Source: Malacoraja senta
Taxonomy: Eukaryota
Length of the DNA: 64,000 nucleotides
Assembly: GCA_038087875.1 (NCBI GenBank)
Contig: CM075989.1
Location: 15,500,001-15,564,000 of the forward strand
Direction of reading: 5' to 3'
Shown here: positions 51,813-64,000 of the stretch, one piece after another
Position numbering within the stretch: position 1 is the first letter of the stretch
How the letters are laid out: each line of letters opens with the position of its first letter
Program-made: the position numbers and the translations under genes
The notes under the pieces: model-generated
The model's input: the letters and a program-made list of their open reading frames with translations, nothing else
Databases searched by the model: none
Told to the model about the DNA's origin: nothing

Positions 51813-54299
51813 GTAAGTGTGACTTTCTTTTATGCAACATTTCTGGTGTAATTTGATAACATAATTAGTGGATCAATAGGTAATAATGCAGACCAGTGAT
51901 CAGTTATAAATTATAACTGCTCAGATATTATTCTAATTAGTTTTGTTTAAGTTTTTAATAGATGGTTATTTAAAGTAAGATTCTATGTGGTTTTATATAT
52001 TGAGATTTTAAGCTGTTATGAAAGTTGCATTAAAGTATCTCTGCACAAATCGTCATTATTAACAGTTCTGATCACAGAAGATTTCAATATGAAATATTCT
52101 GAGTTTGTGATTGTCATTTTAATCTGTCATTTTACTTTGAACATGAATGAAAGCTTAAGGACATTTTAACACAAAGATGTGTTCATTTAGAAACAATATG
52201 AATCTCTGGGAACAATTAGGAAACAGCCAGTTGGTTAGCTCTGAATTTCCTGTTTAAAGATGAGGTCCAGGAGCTGGCTTTCATATTGTTCCATCTGCTT
52301 CTAATCAAAGAGCATTCTTGACCCTACAGGGAGTTAAATCTAATTTTCAGCCACGTCATTGAAATTCTCTTTGAAACTCGGGACTTTGCACACAGTTTTG
52401 CATCTTATTCTGCAGAACGATGCATTGTGTAAAGTAGGAAGTGACCAATCAGACATATTCCCCCAAGAACATTGTTATTGTGGATCAAGTGAATGAGAAA
52501 ACAAAGTATCATGAACAATTTCAGGATCTTGTGTTGGTAACCTTAAAAATCTGATTTTAGTGTTTGAGACCAATCTTAAACACATCTGTGCCTACATTTT
52601 CCATAAATTGAAAGCATTCTTTACCAAATATGTGGAGAGAACTGAAATAGATTGAATAAACCCTGTGCAAGACTGCCTAGCACGACAGCTTTTGCAATTG
52701 TGGGAAGTTGTAGTTTAAAAAAAAATGTTGCCTGTCATGTTTAATTGCAGCTGTTCTTATTGATCTGTGTTCTTGGGGCTTGTGAGTAGTCTTGGAAAGT
52801 TAATGTAATTTTATGTTTTGTGTTATTACTCCATTAGAATATGCTCTTTGTTCTTGAAGCAGTCAAGCACAGCTTTGATCTTTTAAGTATTTCCAGCTTA
52901 TTAAAGGATAGTAGGATTGGATATTGAGGGGCATCCAAAGAAAATTGATAGCATGTGCCTGTAGTAGGTCAAAGGTTAGCTTTATGAGCTAGCACAGTGA
53001 GTAAATAGATAATAAATTATGCCAGAGACATGTGTGGGACTGTAGTGCACTGAAGTCCTATGTGAATTCCAAATAATTAATTATATGTGGTTGATCCAAG
53101 AACGAGCCTGCAATATTCTTTGTTTTTATGAAATGTGGCACCAATAAGCATGGGAAATAACTTTCTGAAACTGGGATAAACTTGCAGAATTAGGTTTACG
53201 ATTTGAAGTTTAGTAATCAGTAATCGTGGTTTTAAAATGCCAGAAATTTTGCCTGCTTGTAAATATTTGCAGATTTTAGAAAATCAAATGCATCACATTC
53301 AGTTATGGTATTATTTGGACATTGGAGAAACAAATTAATCTATTTGAATATGATTTTTTTGGGTCAGATGTGTAGTGTTGGTTACTTCAGTTACGATAAC
53401 TAACTTTTGTTCTGGCTTTACGAGAAAGTGCAGAGATTATATTTCAATTAGCAGGGACTTGATTGTAATTGCATTTGATAAGCAATTGATCCAGTGACAT
53501 CACTCCAATAATTGGTGCAATTTTTGGTGTTCCCTAATTTCTTTATAAAATAACTTTTATAATTTGCCTGTGCTATTTTTCTTTAGTTGAGAAAATGGAA
53601 TCTGTTGGGCAATGGATATCTCCAGAAATGCCGTTTACAGAGGGTGCTTATTAGATGTCCTTTTCCTTTGCTCTTCTAAAGTCTTGTTGCATCGTGTTTT
53701 TTTATTTTTACTTGAGTAAAAAGCAAGAAATTAACGGAGTTTGTTTATGTGATGGTCAACACTGGAATAGGGTGCAGAGTTTTAAGTCGGGTCACCTGAA
53801 TGCCATTCAGGCTCTGTTCTGCATTTCATTCAGGTTTTTAAGTAAATGATAATGACCCACCGCCATGACATTTACAAAGTAGGAGATAATTGACTTTGTA
53901 TTTGAATGAAATTGCTACCATGCAGTAAACACTGGGGTCATAGCAGTACAAGATGATGGATCACCTAGTGCTTATACAAAGAGCTATGATGTAGTGGTGT
54001 GAATTTAGCATATTGGGGTTGCCATATGGAGGTACAGATTTGCAGAAAATCTAATTAGAATATTTACCACTCCTAAACTATAATTATCCCATCTAAATGC
54101 AACAAGGATCTCATTTTAGGGTGTATTGTTCTCTTGTTTGGAGAAAATCTTTTGCCTAATCAATGTTTGGTTCAAATCAATATGATTTAAATGCTTAAAC
54201 TTACTGCATGATTACACACAGTTATATTCCAAGCTAATATGTATTCTAAAATTACGTTTCCTTATTGATTAGTAAAGTTCGGGAAGCTGCTGACTCAGC

Positions 54300-54580
54300 C
54301 GCAGTGATTAGGATTGAACCCTGACCTCTGGTATGGTCAGTTTGATGTGCTCCCTGTAACCACGTTGATTTTCTTCTGGTGCTCCAATTTCCTACCACAT
54401 ATCACAGATTTGAGTTGGCAGGTTAATTGGCCAATGTATATTGCCCCTGGTGTATAGAAGGGTGATAGAATTGATGGGAATGTGGAGAGAATACATTACA
54501 TGAAAAATTATTGCGGGAATGGGAGAGTTCCCTGTGTCAGCATGTCCTTAATGGGCTGAATGGCCATCTATGTTGTAAGA
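54300..54580 (+). mobile_element. Old V-SINE
   Basis: Decayed V-domain; ggttaattggcc...ttgcccct; tail gggctgaatggcc. Confidence 0.55.
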
Positions 54581-57393
54581 AAATATGGAAGTTAATATAA
54601 AGTAGGATGTAATGATAATTTAATTATTTTAAAGTTTTTAATAGAGATAAATAGTAAAAATATGGAAGATGCAGGGCATGAAATTAGTACATGGAATAAG
54701 TTTTGGATTGATATTGGAATGCACCTGCACAGATATTATTCATATGAAACCTCTCGTTCACACTATCTCATGTTTGTTCGTGATACTTAAAATCTTATTA
54801 AGATGTACTGAGATGTTAATATCCATGAATCGATTGATATTCGGTGGTTTTACCATGGTTGAGTCCCACCATCAATACTCATGGTGATAGGATGCAGCAT
54901 TCACTGTTGGCTCGACGCTTAACTGAACCATTCACACAAGTTTGCTATAAGGGCAGGGCAGAGGCTGGATATCTAAAATGTAATCACTTGATTTATAATA
55001 CCTCAACCTTTTCCTTATATAAGACAAAGTTGGGAACATGATGGAATGCTCTGCACATTCCTGGCTGAGTACATTACCAATAACATTTGAGGCTCAATTC
55101 CATTCAGGAAAAAGTCTTTTTGAGCAGCAAAAACTCTACCTTACAGATGGATTCCCTCCACTAAAATACACTGCAATTATTGTCCGGGTGACACTGAATG
55201 CATCTCCCAAGCCTGCAACTTTTATCATGGAGGCTGTGGGCAGCGTATGCATGGGAACCTGTTCCCATAAACGTTGCACAGAATCACAATTATGGATGTA
55301 AATCATTTTACATCGCACTATATGACTGGATTCTTGAGCAAGAGACTTCAGTCATCCATGATCCATGCTCTTCTGCTGATCAGAAAAAGTGGGAGTTCAT
55401 AAAATGTAAGAACCTGAAATTGTTTATCCTCTTTCGCTTCTCAGTGGGTTTATGATATTTATGGCTTAACATTTGGGTGTATGCTGCAGTAGGCATATTA
55501 TGCTTTTTCAAACTTGTGAGCAATGGCTTGAATTCTGTATCAAAATATTTTCTTTCCTGTTACGTGGTAGAGACATATAATCGAGGTACTAATTTATTCC
55601 TTTGCATTGTGTGATCTATCATTTAATTGATTACACTGATCCCACCCCATCTTCATTTAAAAATCTGTAAGAGGCCAATTGTATGATTTTAATAATTACA
55701 CATTTGTATTGAATAAAAGCTTCTTACCATGGGACTTGGGTAATTTGTAGTCTGGTATTTAGAGGTTTTATTAAAGTGCAAGCCATTTTTCTTGTGGATT
55801 AGGTTCTGATTACATTTCAGCATATGTTATTGAGATGAGGTCAAAGCAGATGCCATGAGATTCAAATAATAAATGACCTTTCTGATTTGTTTTCAAGATA
55901 TTTGGGTTAAAGAGCCTTTGTTATTTGAGGGTTACTCCCCGCTGTAAATTGCATCATATTTGAACTACTGTTTGCCATAACTACAACTGTTCACTAAGCT
56001 ATGGGTTCATTAAAGTATGTTCAATTAAGCCACTACAGTTGTGACACTTTGGTTAACGTGTTTAAAAATAAAATATATTTTGAACTTTAATCTCCCTTTA
56101 AAATGGGAGGTCTGCTTTTGCAGTTCAGTTTTATCCTGTAGATTTAAGAGTGTTATTTGTCATAAACGAAAGGCATTTCTGCTTTTAGAAAAAACACTTT
56201 TTTTCTGCAGAAATCATTAACGAGGGCTGTGTCAGTTAAGATGAGTTTTATTAGCTTTTTGCTTTAACTCCTGTGGATTCTTCTAAGATTCTATTGAGCT
56301 TCACTTTCTGCCAGGCAGGCATATTGTCCACCAAAATGCTTTATTGATGATTCAGCATGAAAATTATGTTCATTTCTACCAGCATATCAAAAGAACAAGG
56401 AAGAGGATCAGGTGCAATACTGGTCTGATCTATACTGCTGAAAATTATGTATATTCAAAGAATGACATGCTCATCTGTTCAATCTGTTTCCAGTTTGTAA
56501 ATGCATGAATTAAAGATTAACTATGAAAAGGGTTTGAGGATTGCACTCTTGTTTCATAATGGATGTCTGTATAATTTTGTTGCTGATCAATCACTTATTG
56601 AGTGGCATTTGCTGAAAAATGTTGTTTAGGTTTCTTGGCCAGCTTTTCTTGAAAGTATTGAATTTCTATGGCGGGTGTCTTTACAAAGGCACGGGATGCT
56701 GTCTGGTATCTTTCTGTTAAGGTGTAAACCTAGCTGTTGAGGGCCAATGGATTTTGGATGTAAGAAGTCATTGCAGTTGAACGTGGCTAACATGTTTAAC
56801 TTCATGACTAAACTGGATAGTTATCAACCCTTCTGCAGCCACTTTTATTGTACTGCCGAACTTAATTTTCATGACATAATCTTTTCATCACTGGCTGGGC
56901 ATTATTCATGGGATGTTCTGGTTTTGTGACCAGATACACTTCATGAACCATCAAAATGGTGTTTATCTGTAATTGTAATTAAGCAATATTTCTAAGCTCT
57001 GTTTAGTTTCATGCTCTGTGTAGTGATAGTGGGATGAAACTTGTGAGTAGCTTGTTAAATGTTTAATTGGCAAATGATTTGGAGGAGATTGGATGACTCG
57101 ATCTGTTTCTCATTTGTGATCTGTTCTGATTATAACTTGGAGGAACTCGGTCCTTCTGTGGATTGGCTGACTATTGATTCTCCATCTGGAGTTGATTAAA
57201 TTATTGAGACCACATCAATAAGGTTTGGTGCACAAAGCCTTTGATCCTAGAATTGAGGCTGTTTGTGAAAGCTGAGAGGTATGCATATTTTTGACAGGCA
57301 AGAGTATAGGAAAAAGAACAGATGCTGCTTACAAAATAGTATACTTATTTAGAGCCAATATTACTTAATATGTATAAAACCTTTCAGCAATGC

Positions 57394-57692
57394 TTTAGTT
57401 TAGTTTAGAGATACAGCGCCGGAACAGGTTCTTCGGCCCATCGAGTCCACACAGACCAGCGATCCCCGCACATTAACACTAGGGACACAAATTATGGATA
57501 ATTTACAATTTATATCAAGCCAATTAACCTACAAACCTGTACATCTTTGGAGTGAAGGAGGAAACCAAAGATCTCGGAGAAAACCCACGCGATCAAGGGG
57601 AGAATGTACAAACTCCTGTACGGATAGCACCCGTAGTCGTAATCGAACCCGGGTCTCTAACACTATGCCCTGTAACTCGACCGCTGCACCAC
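57394..57692 (-). mobile_element. tRNA-derived V-SINE (HE1-like)
   Basis: (tttag)n tail, V-domain, reverse B box aatcgaacc. Confidence 0.87.
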
Positions 57693-57749
57693 ATGTTTAC
57701 ACATTACCATTTTATTTGCTAAATGTGGCAATAAAATAAAAAATATATA

Positions 57750-59391
57750 CAGTGCCCTCCATAATGTGTGGGACAAAGACCCATCATTCATTGTTTGCCT
57801 CTGTACTCCATAATTTGAGATTTGTAATAGAAAAAACTCACATGTGGTTAAAGTGCACATTGTCAGATTTTATTAAAGGCGATTTGTATACATTTTTGTT
57901 TCACAATATAGAAATTACAGCTGTGTTTATACATAGTCCACCCATTTCAGGGCACAATAATGTTTAGGACACATGGCTTCACATGTGTTTGTAATTGCTC
58001 AGGTGCATTTGAAAGCCTCCTGAATGCAGATCTAAGAGAGCTCTCATCATCTAGTCTTTCCTCCAGTCTTTCCATCACCTTTGGAAACTTTTATTGCTGT
58101 TTATCAACATGAGGATGAAAGTTGTGCCAATGAAATTCAAAGAAGCCATTATGAGACTGAGAAACAATAATAAAACTATTAGCAACATCAACCAAACCTT
58201 AGGCTTACCAAAATTAACTGTTTGGAACATCATTAAGAAGAAACAGAGCACTGGTGAGCTTACTAATCGCAAAGGGACTGGCAGGCCAAGGAAGGCCACC
58301 ACAGCTGATGACAGAAGAATTCTCTCTATAATAAAGAAAAATCCCCAAACACCTGTCCGACAAATCAGAAACACTCTTCAGGAGTCAGGTGTGGATTTGT
58401 GAATGACCACTGTCTGCAGAAGACCTCATGAACAGAAATACAGAGGCTACACTGCAAGATGCAAATCACTGGTTAGCCGCAAAAATAGGATGGCCAGGTT
58501 ACAGTTTGCCAAGAAGTACTTAAAAGAGCAACGACAGTTCTGGAAAAATATCTTGTGGACAGATGAGACGAAGATTAACTTATATCAGAGTGATGGCAAG
58601 AGCAAAGTATGGAGGAGAGAAGGAACTGCCCAAGATCCAAAGCATACCACCTCATCTGTGAAACACGGTGGTGAGGGTGTTATGGCCTGGGCATGTATGG
58701 CTGCTGAAGGAACTGGCTCACTCATCTTCATTGATGATACAACTGTTGGTGGTAGTAGCATAATGAATTCTGAAGTATTTAGACACATCCTATCTGCTCA
58801 AGTTCAACCAAATGCCTCAAAACTCATTGGCCGGCAGTTCATTCTACAGCAAGACAATGATCCCAAACATACTGCTAAAGCAACAATGGAGTTTTTCAAA
58901 AATGGTCAATTCTTGAATGGCCGTCAATCACCTGATCTGAACCCAATTCAGCGTGCCTTTTATATGCCGAAGAGAAAATTGAAGGACTAGCCCCCAAAAC
59001 AAGCAAAAGCTAAAGGTGGCTACAATACAGGCCTGGCAGAGCATCACCAGAGAAGACATCCAGCAACTGATGATGTCCATGAATCACAGACTTCAAGCAG
59101 TCATTGCTTGCAAAGGATATGCACCAAAATACTAAACATGACTACTTTCATTTACATGACATTGCTGTGTCCCAAACATTATGGTGTCCTGAAATGGGGG
59201 AACCATGTCTATACACTGCTGTAATTTCTACATGGTGAAACCAAAATGTATAAAAATGGCCTTTATTAAAACCTGATAATGTGCACTTTAACCACATGCG
59301 ATTTTTTTTCTATTATAAATCTCAAATTGTGGAGTACAGAGGCAAATAAATAACTGATTGGTCTTTCACCCAAACATTATGGCGGGCATTG
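57750..59391 (+). mobile_element. Tc1/mariner IR/DR transposon, full length (1642 bp), TA TSD on both sides
   Basis: TIRs 57750-57972 and 59167-59391, each with two cataatgtttgggaca-type direct repeats; TA at 57748-49 and 59392-93. Confidence 0.95.
58109..59135 (+). pseudogene. Tc1 DD34E-type transposase pseudogene
   Basis: HTH region and GRPRK motif, WTDETK, QQDNDPKH, SPDLNPIQ (catalytic E to Q); nonsense TGA at 58400 and frameshift near 58900. Confidence 0.9.
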
Positions 59392-60918
59392 TAGATCATG
59401 ACTTTGTAAAAAATACCTTGGCACTGTTGAAATCTCTCTTCCTTTTCTGTTCAAAAGTGGTTGGAAACTGGAGATGACTCTTGATGTAAAACATATCTAC
59501 TGCAGTTAAGTTTTTAACTTTCCCAGTGTTTTCTCACAATTAAAACACAAACTACCTTTTTCCTTTGGTTTTCAGTGAACAGTGGATAGATTAAACATCA
59601 GGCTGATCACATGCTGTTTGTTTGTGCAGCAATGATGGAATTCACATGACAAAGTTTCCTAAGACCCAAGTTAAAACTATGTTATATGGTTTCTTTTTCT
59701 GGTCAGCACATAACCTTAGGATGCTGATGCACAAAAGTATGCATTTGATAGGGAGGCTAAGTTCTCAGCTTATTCAACTGTTAGCCAGTTTAAATTGTTC
59801 ACCTAGTTTTTTAAAAGGAAAGGTTTGTTGGGCGTACAACTCCCATTCCCTTGGTGTGGGATTCATAAAAACAACACAACATCTTTTGAAAACATTGCTT
59901 GATTTTGAAACTTTGGCAGCTGGGCATTTAGAAAAATATTTACACGGGAATATGCACTCATTAATCATCGAACTAGCGTTTTCATATCTGAAATAAACCT
60001 CTTGCTAAGTAATTTGAAACAAACTTTCAATTAACGAACTATTGGTATTGGTCGCATGTACTGAAACATATTGGAAATTCTGTTTGGCATGATATCAGGT
60101 CATATCGTATTTTACACGAGTGCAATCAAGCCATACACGTGTACCACAGGTAGTGTAAGAGGAAACATTCCAGAGTGCAGAATGTAGTGTTGCAGCGTTA
60201 TGGTGTTACAGCGACAGAGAAAGTGCAGATTTAAAATAAATGCAAGGGCCACAATGAGAAGATTGAGAAATCAGAATTGTACCCTTGGCTGATGAGAGGA
60301 CATTCAGTAGTCTAATAATGGAAATGCTCCTGAATCTGGCGGTAACTAATCCACCAAATTGTGCCAACAGTCCTTGCCTTACCTCGGGAACAATTCTGAC
60401 ACTTTAACAAAAGGCAAAACTGCAGGCTAGGCTTTGTCATCTCAATAACTTTCTTAGTTTTAGTGTCGTTAAAATCCACAAATAAAATTAATTCATTTAA
60501 AGAACCAAAAGATCTAAACTTTAAAAACTGTTAAAGTCAAATAATGAAAATAAAATAATTTGCTTTCCTCTTTGCCTCTAAATCCATGAATCCGCACAGA
60601 AATCGTAATATGCTGTCATAGACTGCAGACTGATCTGTGATCAGACAGGTGATTTCCCTACTGTAATTCTGAAGAACCCAAGCACGTTTGGGCTCCATGA
60701 TTGAACCACACACTGAGTGTAATGATAGATGTGCAACCTGTCATTCATCGAATCTTAGACTTCAGATTTCAGCAGCACTTGCATGGGATGTCAAAGTTTG
60801 CAGTTTCAATGGTAGTTTTTAGAATGGCTATTATATATTGATACTTGATTGTTGATACTTAAGTTTGGAATGGAAATAATAAGGGTTTCAAACACATAAT
60901 CTGACTTATTAATTTTGA

Positions 60919-61161
<243 letters not shown>

Positions 61162-61401
61162 TAATATAGTGGTCATAACAACTAAATTATAAATTAACTT
61201 TTTTATTGTTGGCGTCTGCTACATTTATCTGTAATGAATTTGTATCCAAAATTGATTTAATCTGCTAAGAATTATGGCCATGTTGCTTATTCTCCAGTTG
61301 TCATTGAAGGCCTTGATTTTTGCATTATATATTTTCCATTGTTGTGAAGAAATTGTTTTGATTTTCTCTGTAATTGATAAATAATTTATTTTCCATATTA
61401 G

Positions 61402-61538
61402 AAGGAAATCATAATTCTTCTGATCTTTGGAATTCCTCAAATGGAATACACCAGCCAAGTTATGGAGGAATGTTGGGAAACTCTTCTCATGTCTCTCAAT
61501 CTACTAATTACAACAATCTCCATACACACGATCGCTTG
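61402..61538 (+). CDS. tcf12: TCF12 coding exon (about exon 10), 137 nt
   Basis: Acceptor ttttccatattag|; reads (E)[45 protein letters not shown]; donor TTG|gtaagg. Confidence 0.95.
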
Positions 61539-61729
61539 GTAAGGATAATTTGTGCTTGTCAATTAATTACTCTTTTATTGTCTGGAGAATGTGAAATGGT
61601 GGTTTGTTTTAAGTTTATGCTGAGAATTGTTATGAGCGAATTGCGGTGATCTTTGTATGAACCTTTAAGTGGATCTTTACATCTGTTTTAATATTTCAAT
61701 AATTAATTAACTCTTAAGCAGAGATAATA

Positions 61730-62268
61730 GACAATAGAGAATAGGCAATAGGTGCAGGAGTAGGCCATTCGGCCCTTCGAGCCAGCACCGCCATTCAATG
61801 TGATCATGGCTGATCAGTACCCCGTTCCTGCCTTCTCCACATAGCCCCTGATCCCCTATGTTTAAGAGCCCTATCTAGCTCTCTCTTGAAAGCATCCAGA
61901 GAACCTGCCTCCACCGCCCTCTGAGGCAGAGAATTCCACAGACTCACCACTCTCTGTGAGAAAAAGTGTTTCCTCGTCTCCGTTCTAAATGGCTTGCTCC
62001 CTATTCTTAAACTATGGCCCCTGGTTCTGGACTCCCCCAACATCGGGAACATGTTTCCTGCCTCTAGCGTGTCCAAACCCTTAACAATCTTATATGTTTC
62101 AATGAAATTCCCTCTCATCCTTCTAAACTCCAGAGTGTACAAGCCCAGCTGCTCCATTCTCTCAGCATATGACAGTCCGGCCATCCTGGGAATTAACCGT
62201 GTAAATCTACGCTGCACTCCCTCAATAGCAAGAATGTCCTTCCTCAAATTAGGGGACCAAAACTGCAC
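61730..62268 (-). mobile_element. CR1/HER1-type LINE 3' end, young
   Basis: Open frame VQFWSPNLRKDILAIEGVQRRFTRLIP...SRTRGHSLRI...FFSQRVVSLWNSLP; 3' tail. Confidence 0.92.
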
Positions 62269-62513
62269 AGATGATTGCATATAAAGTTCACTGCCTGCTC
62301 CTATACTTGGTAGATTGAAAAGTTTAGAATTCAAAAAAAGTCCCGGACAGCTGTATAACATGAAGCCTATGTTCAGCCAAATACAGAATATTTAAGGGAT
62401 AATCTTTTCAAGGTGTCTTAGGTGATTGTGGAATTTGATCATTTAAATAAGAAACTAATCCCTGATGTTTTCATATCAGGGGACATAAACTTTAAAAGAT
62501 GCATGATTCAGAA

Positions 62514-63764
62514 GGTAGACAAAAATGCTGGAGAAACTCAGCGGGTGCAGCAGCATCTATGGAGCGAAGGAAATAGGCAAAAGTTTCGGGCCGAAACCCT
62601 TCTTCAGCCCGAAACGTTGCCTATTTCCTTTGCTCCATAGATTAGCAATGTTACAAAATTTTGAGATTTAAAAAATAAAGTCTGCAATTTATCCCATCAG
62701 ATAAAGCATAAAAAGAAGTTTAATTTGACACTTAATTCACTTTCATATCTTCAGTATTAAAGAAGTTATGGCCATTATCATACTCAGAAATTAGCATCTA
62801 GTTCCCTATTGCTTTTCCATTGACTTAACACAAAAGCTGTGATCGAGGACAGTTAAAAGCCCATAACTTTCTTAAAAATTATGGTAACTGAAAGAAATTT
62901 TCAGGTATTATAGATTGAAGCATTCTGAAACAAATATGAAACAATCTTACTTCGAAGACATGAAAGTAAAGCATATAATTAGTTAGTTACCTAATTGTAG
63001 CTAATTACAAAATTCAATTACTAGATCTAAACATCTATCAATTTCTTAAGAATAGATTAACATTTTTAAATAGCCTAAGTGTCCAAATAACATTCACACA
63101 ATAATTCACAATATAACATAATTTTTAAATCTAATTTTCATGAATTTACAGGCCAAATGGAAGGAATTGAATGTTTAATACCTGTAAATTAATGGGCATT
63201 TAATTCATCTTGCGAGTGAGAATTTCTGGAACGCGATCTTTTGGAACGTTCATTTGCGGTGAATTTAACCCCGTATTGGCATGAAAAATACTGCCGTTAA
63301 TTCGGGGAATAAAATCACCGTGTCGCATGACAAAATGTGAATTAAAGGCTTCTTAAGAAGCACTTTTATACATTTAAAGAAAGCACTTTCGTTTACCTGT
63401 CCATTGTGTGAAATCCGTCCCCGTTATTGGCGTTGACGCTTCAGGAGCTGCTTTTAAAACTACTGTAGCGCTGATATTGACGATTTAATAAATTAAAAAA
63501 ATTCACAAAACGCCGGTAGGAACGATTTTGTCAGCGAAGGTTTGTACTCCAACAAAATATTTCCAGGACAAGGGAGGAGAAACCGCGTTTTAACCCCGCC
63601 CCCCCCTTAAAGGCGCCAAAATCGCGCACACGGCCAGTGGCAGAATTACAGCGCGACTGAAGGTAAGTTTTGTAACATACCTACATAGATGCTGCTGCAC
63701 CCGCTGAGTTTCTCCAGCATTTTTGTCTACCTTCGATTTTTCAGCATCTGCAGTTCCTTCTTAA
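62514..63764. mobile_element. Fold-back Penelope-derived element with a 15-bp TSD, interrupted by a DNA transposon
   Basis: atgcatgattcagaa at 62499-62513 and 63765-63779; inverted arms joined at the hammerhead (about 62607). Confidence 0.82.
62643..63683. mobile_element. Non-autonomous DNA transposon, 1041 bp, 16-bp imperfect TIR, 7-bp TSD
   Basis: Left end TAGCAATGTTACAAAA versus reverse-complemented right end TAGGTATGTTACAAAA (14/16); catagat at 62636-62642 and 63684-63690. Confidence 0.85.
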
Positions 63765-64000
63765 ATGCATGATTCAGAAATTGTAAGTGAGTGATTAGTA
63801 GTAGTGGAGTAAGGGGAGTGGTGAGGCAGTGAAGGGATTTTGACATGACACCAAGAATTTTAAATATGATACATTGGATAAGGGTACTTGGAGTTATAAG
63901 TCAGTCGGGTTGGTTCTGTGCGGCTTAATCTGGGAAATGCAAAGGAGTTCACGGAAATTTATGTCAAGTTTTGTTTTCCAATAAGTAGCTTTGATGTTCA

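Noticed and set aside
52700-53048. ZNF143/THAP11 ACTACAnnnCCCA motifs
   Set aside because: Spacing is 4 nt and 2 nt rather than 3 in the two candidates

Overview
Eukaryotic (vertebrate) DNA, most likely from a cartilaginous fish and probably a skate or ray, judged from its HE1/V-SINE-like, CR1, Rex1, L2 and Penelope repeats. The whole window lies inside one + strand gene, the E-protein bHLH transcription factor TCF12 (HEB). Six canonical coding exons (about human exons 5-10: 1-70, 29613-29677, 39286-39421, 43550-43602, 60934-61039, 61402-61538) splice in frame through GT-AG introns. The internal HEBAlt first exon (MYCAYTVPGMGSNSLMYYYNRKT, 51744-51812) is also present and is missed by the ORF track. 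The rest is AT-rich intron with two N gaps, candidate regulatory elements and nested transposons: two decayed IR/DR Tc1 copies in opposite orientation, a young 5'-truncated L2, CR1 and Rex1 fragments, tRNA-derived SINEs, a Penelope GIY-YIG fragment, and a 1041-bp TIR element with a 7-bp TSD. Five observations stand out. (1) About 10 short Penelope-derived repeats carry a minimal hammerhead ribozyme core; several start at, or fold back inside, the ribozyme. (2) CpG-rich non-autonomous retroelements with YY1-motif heads share a core but end in different LINE tails and keep a hairpin in different sequence. (3) Two locally templated insertions. (4) Inverted repeat pairs bracket frame-symmetric exon blocks. 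(5) An in-frame cryptic donor in the NLS exon. Exon numbers, repeat family names and human comparisons come from recall and by-eye reading, not from database searches.
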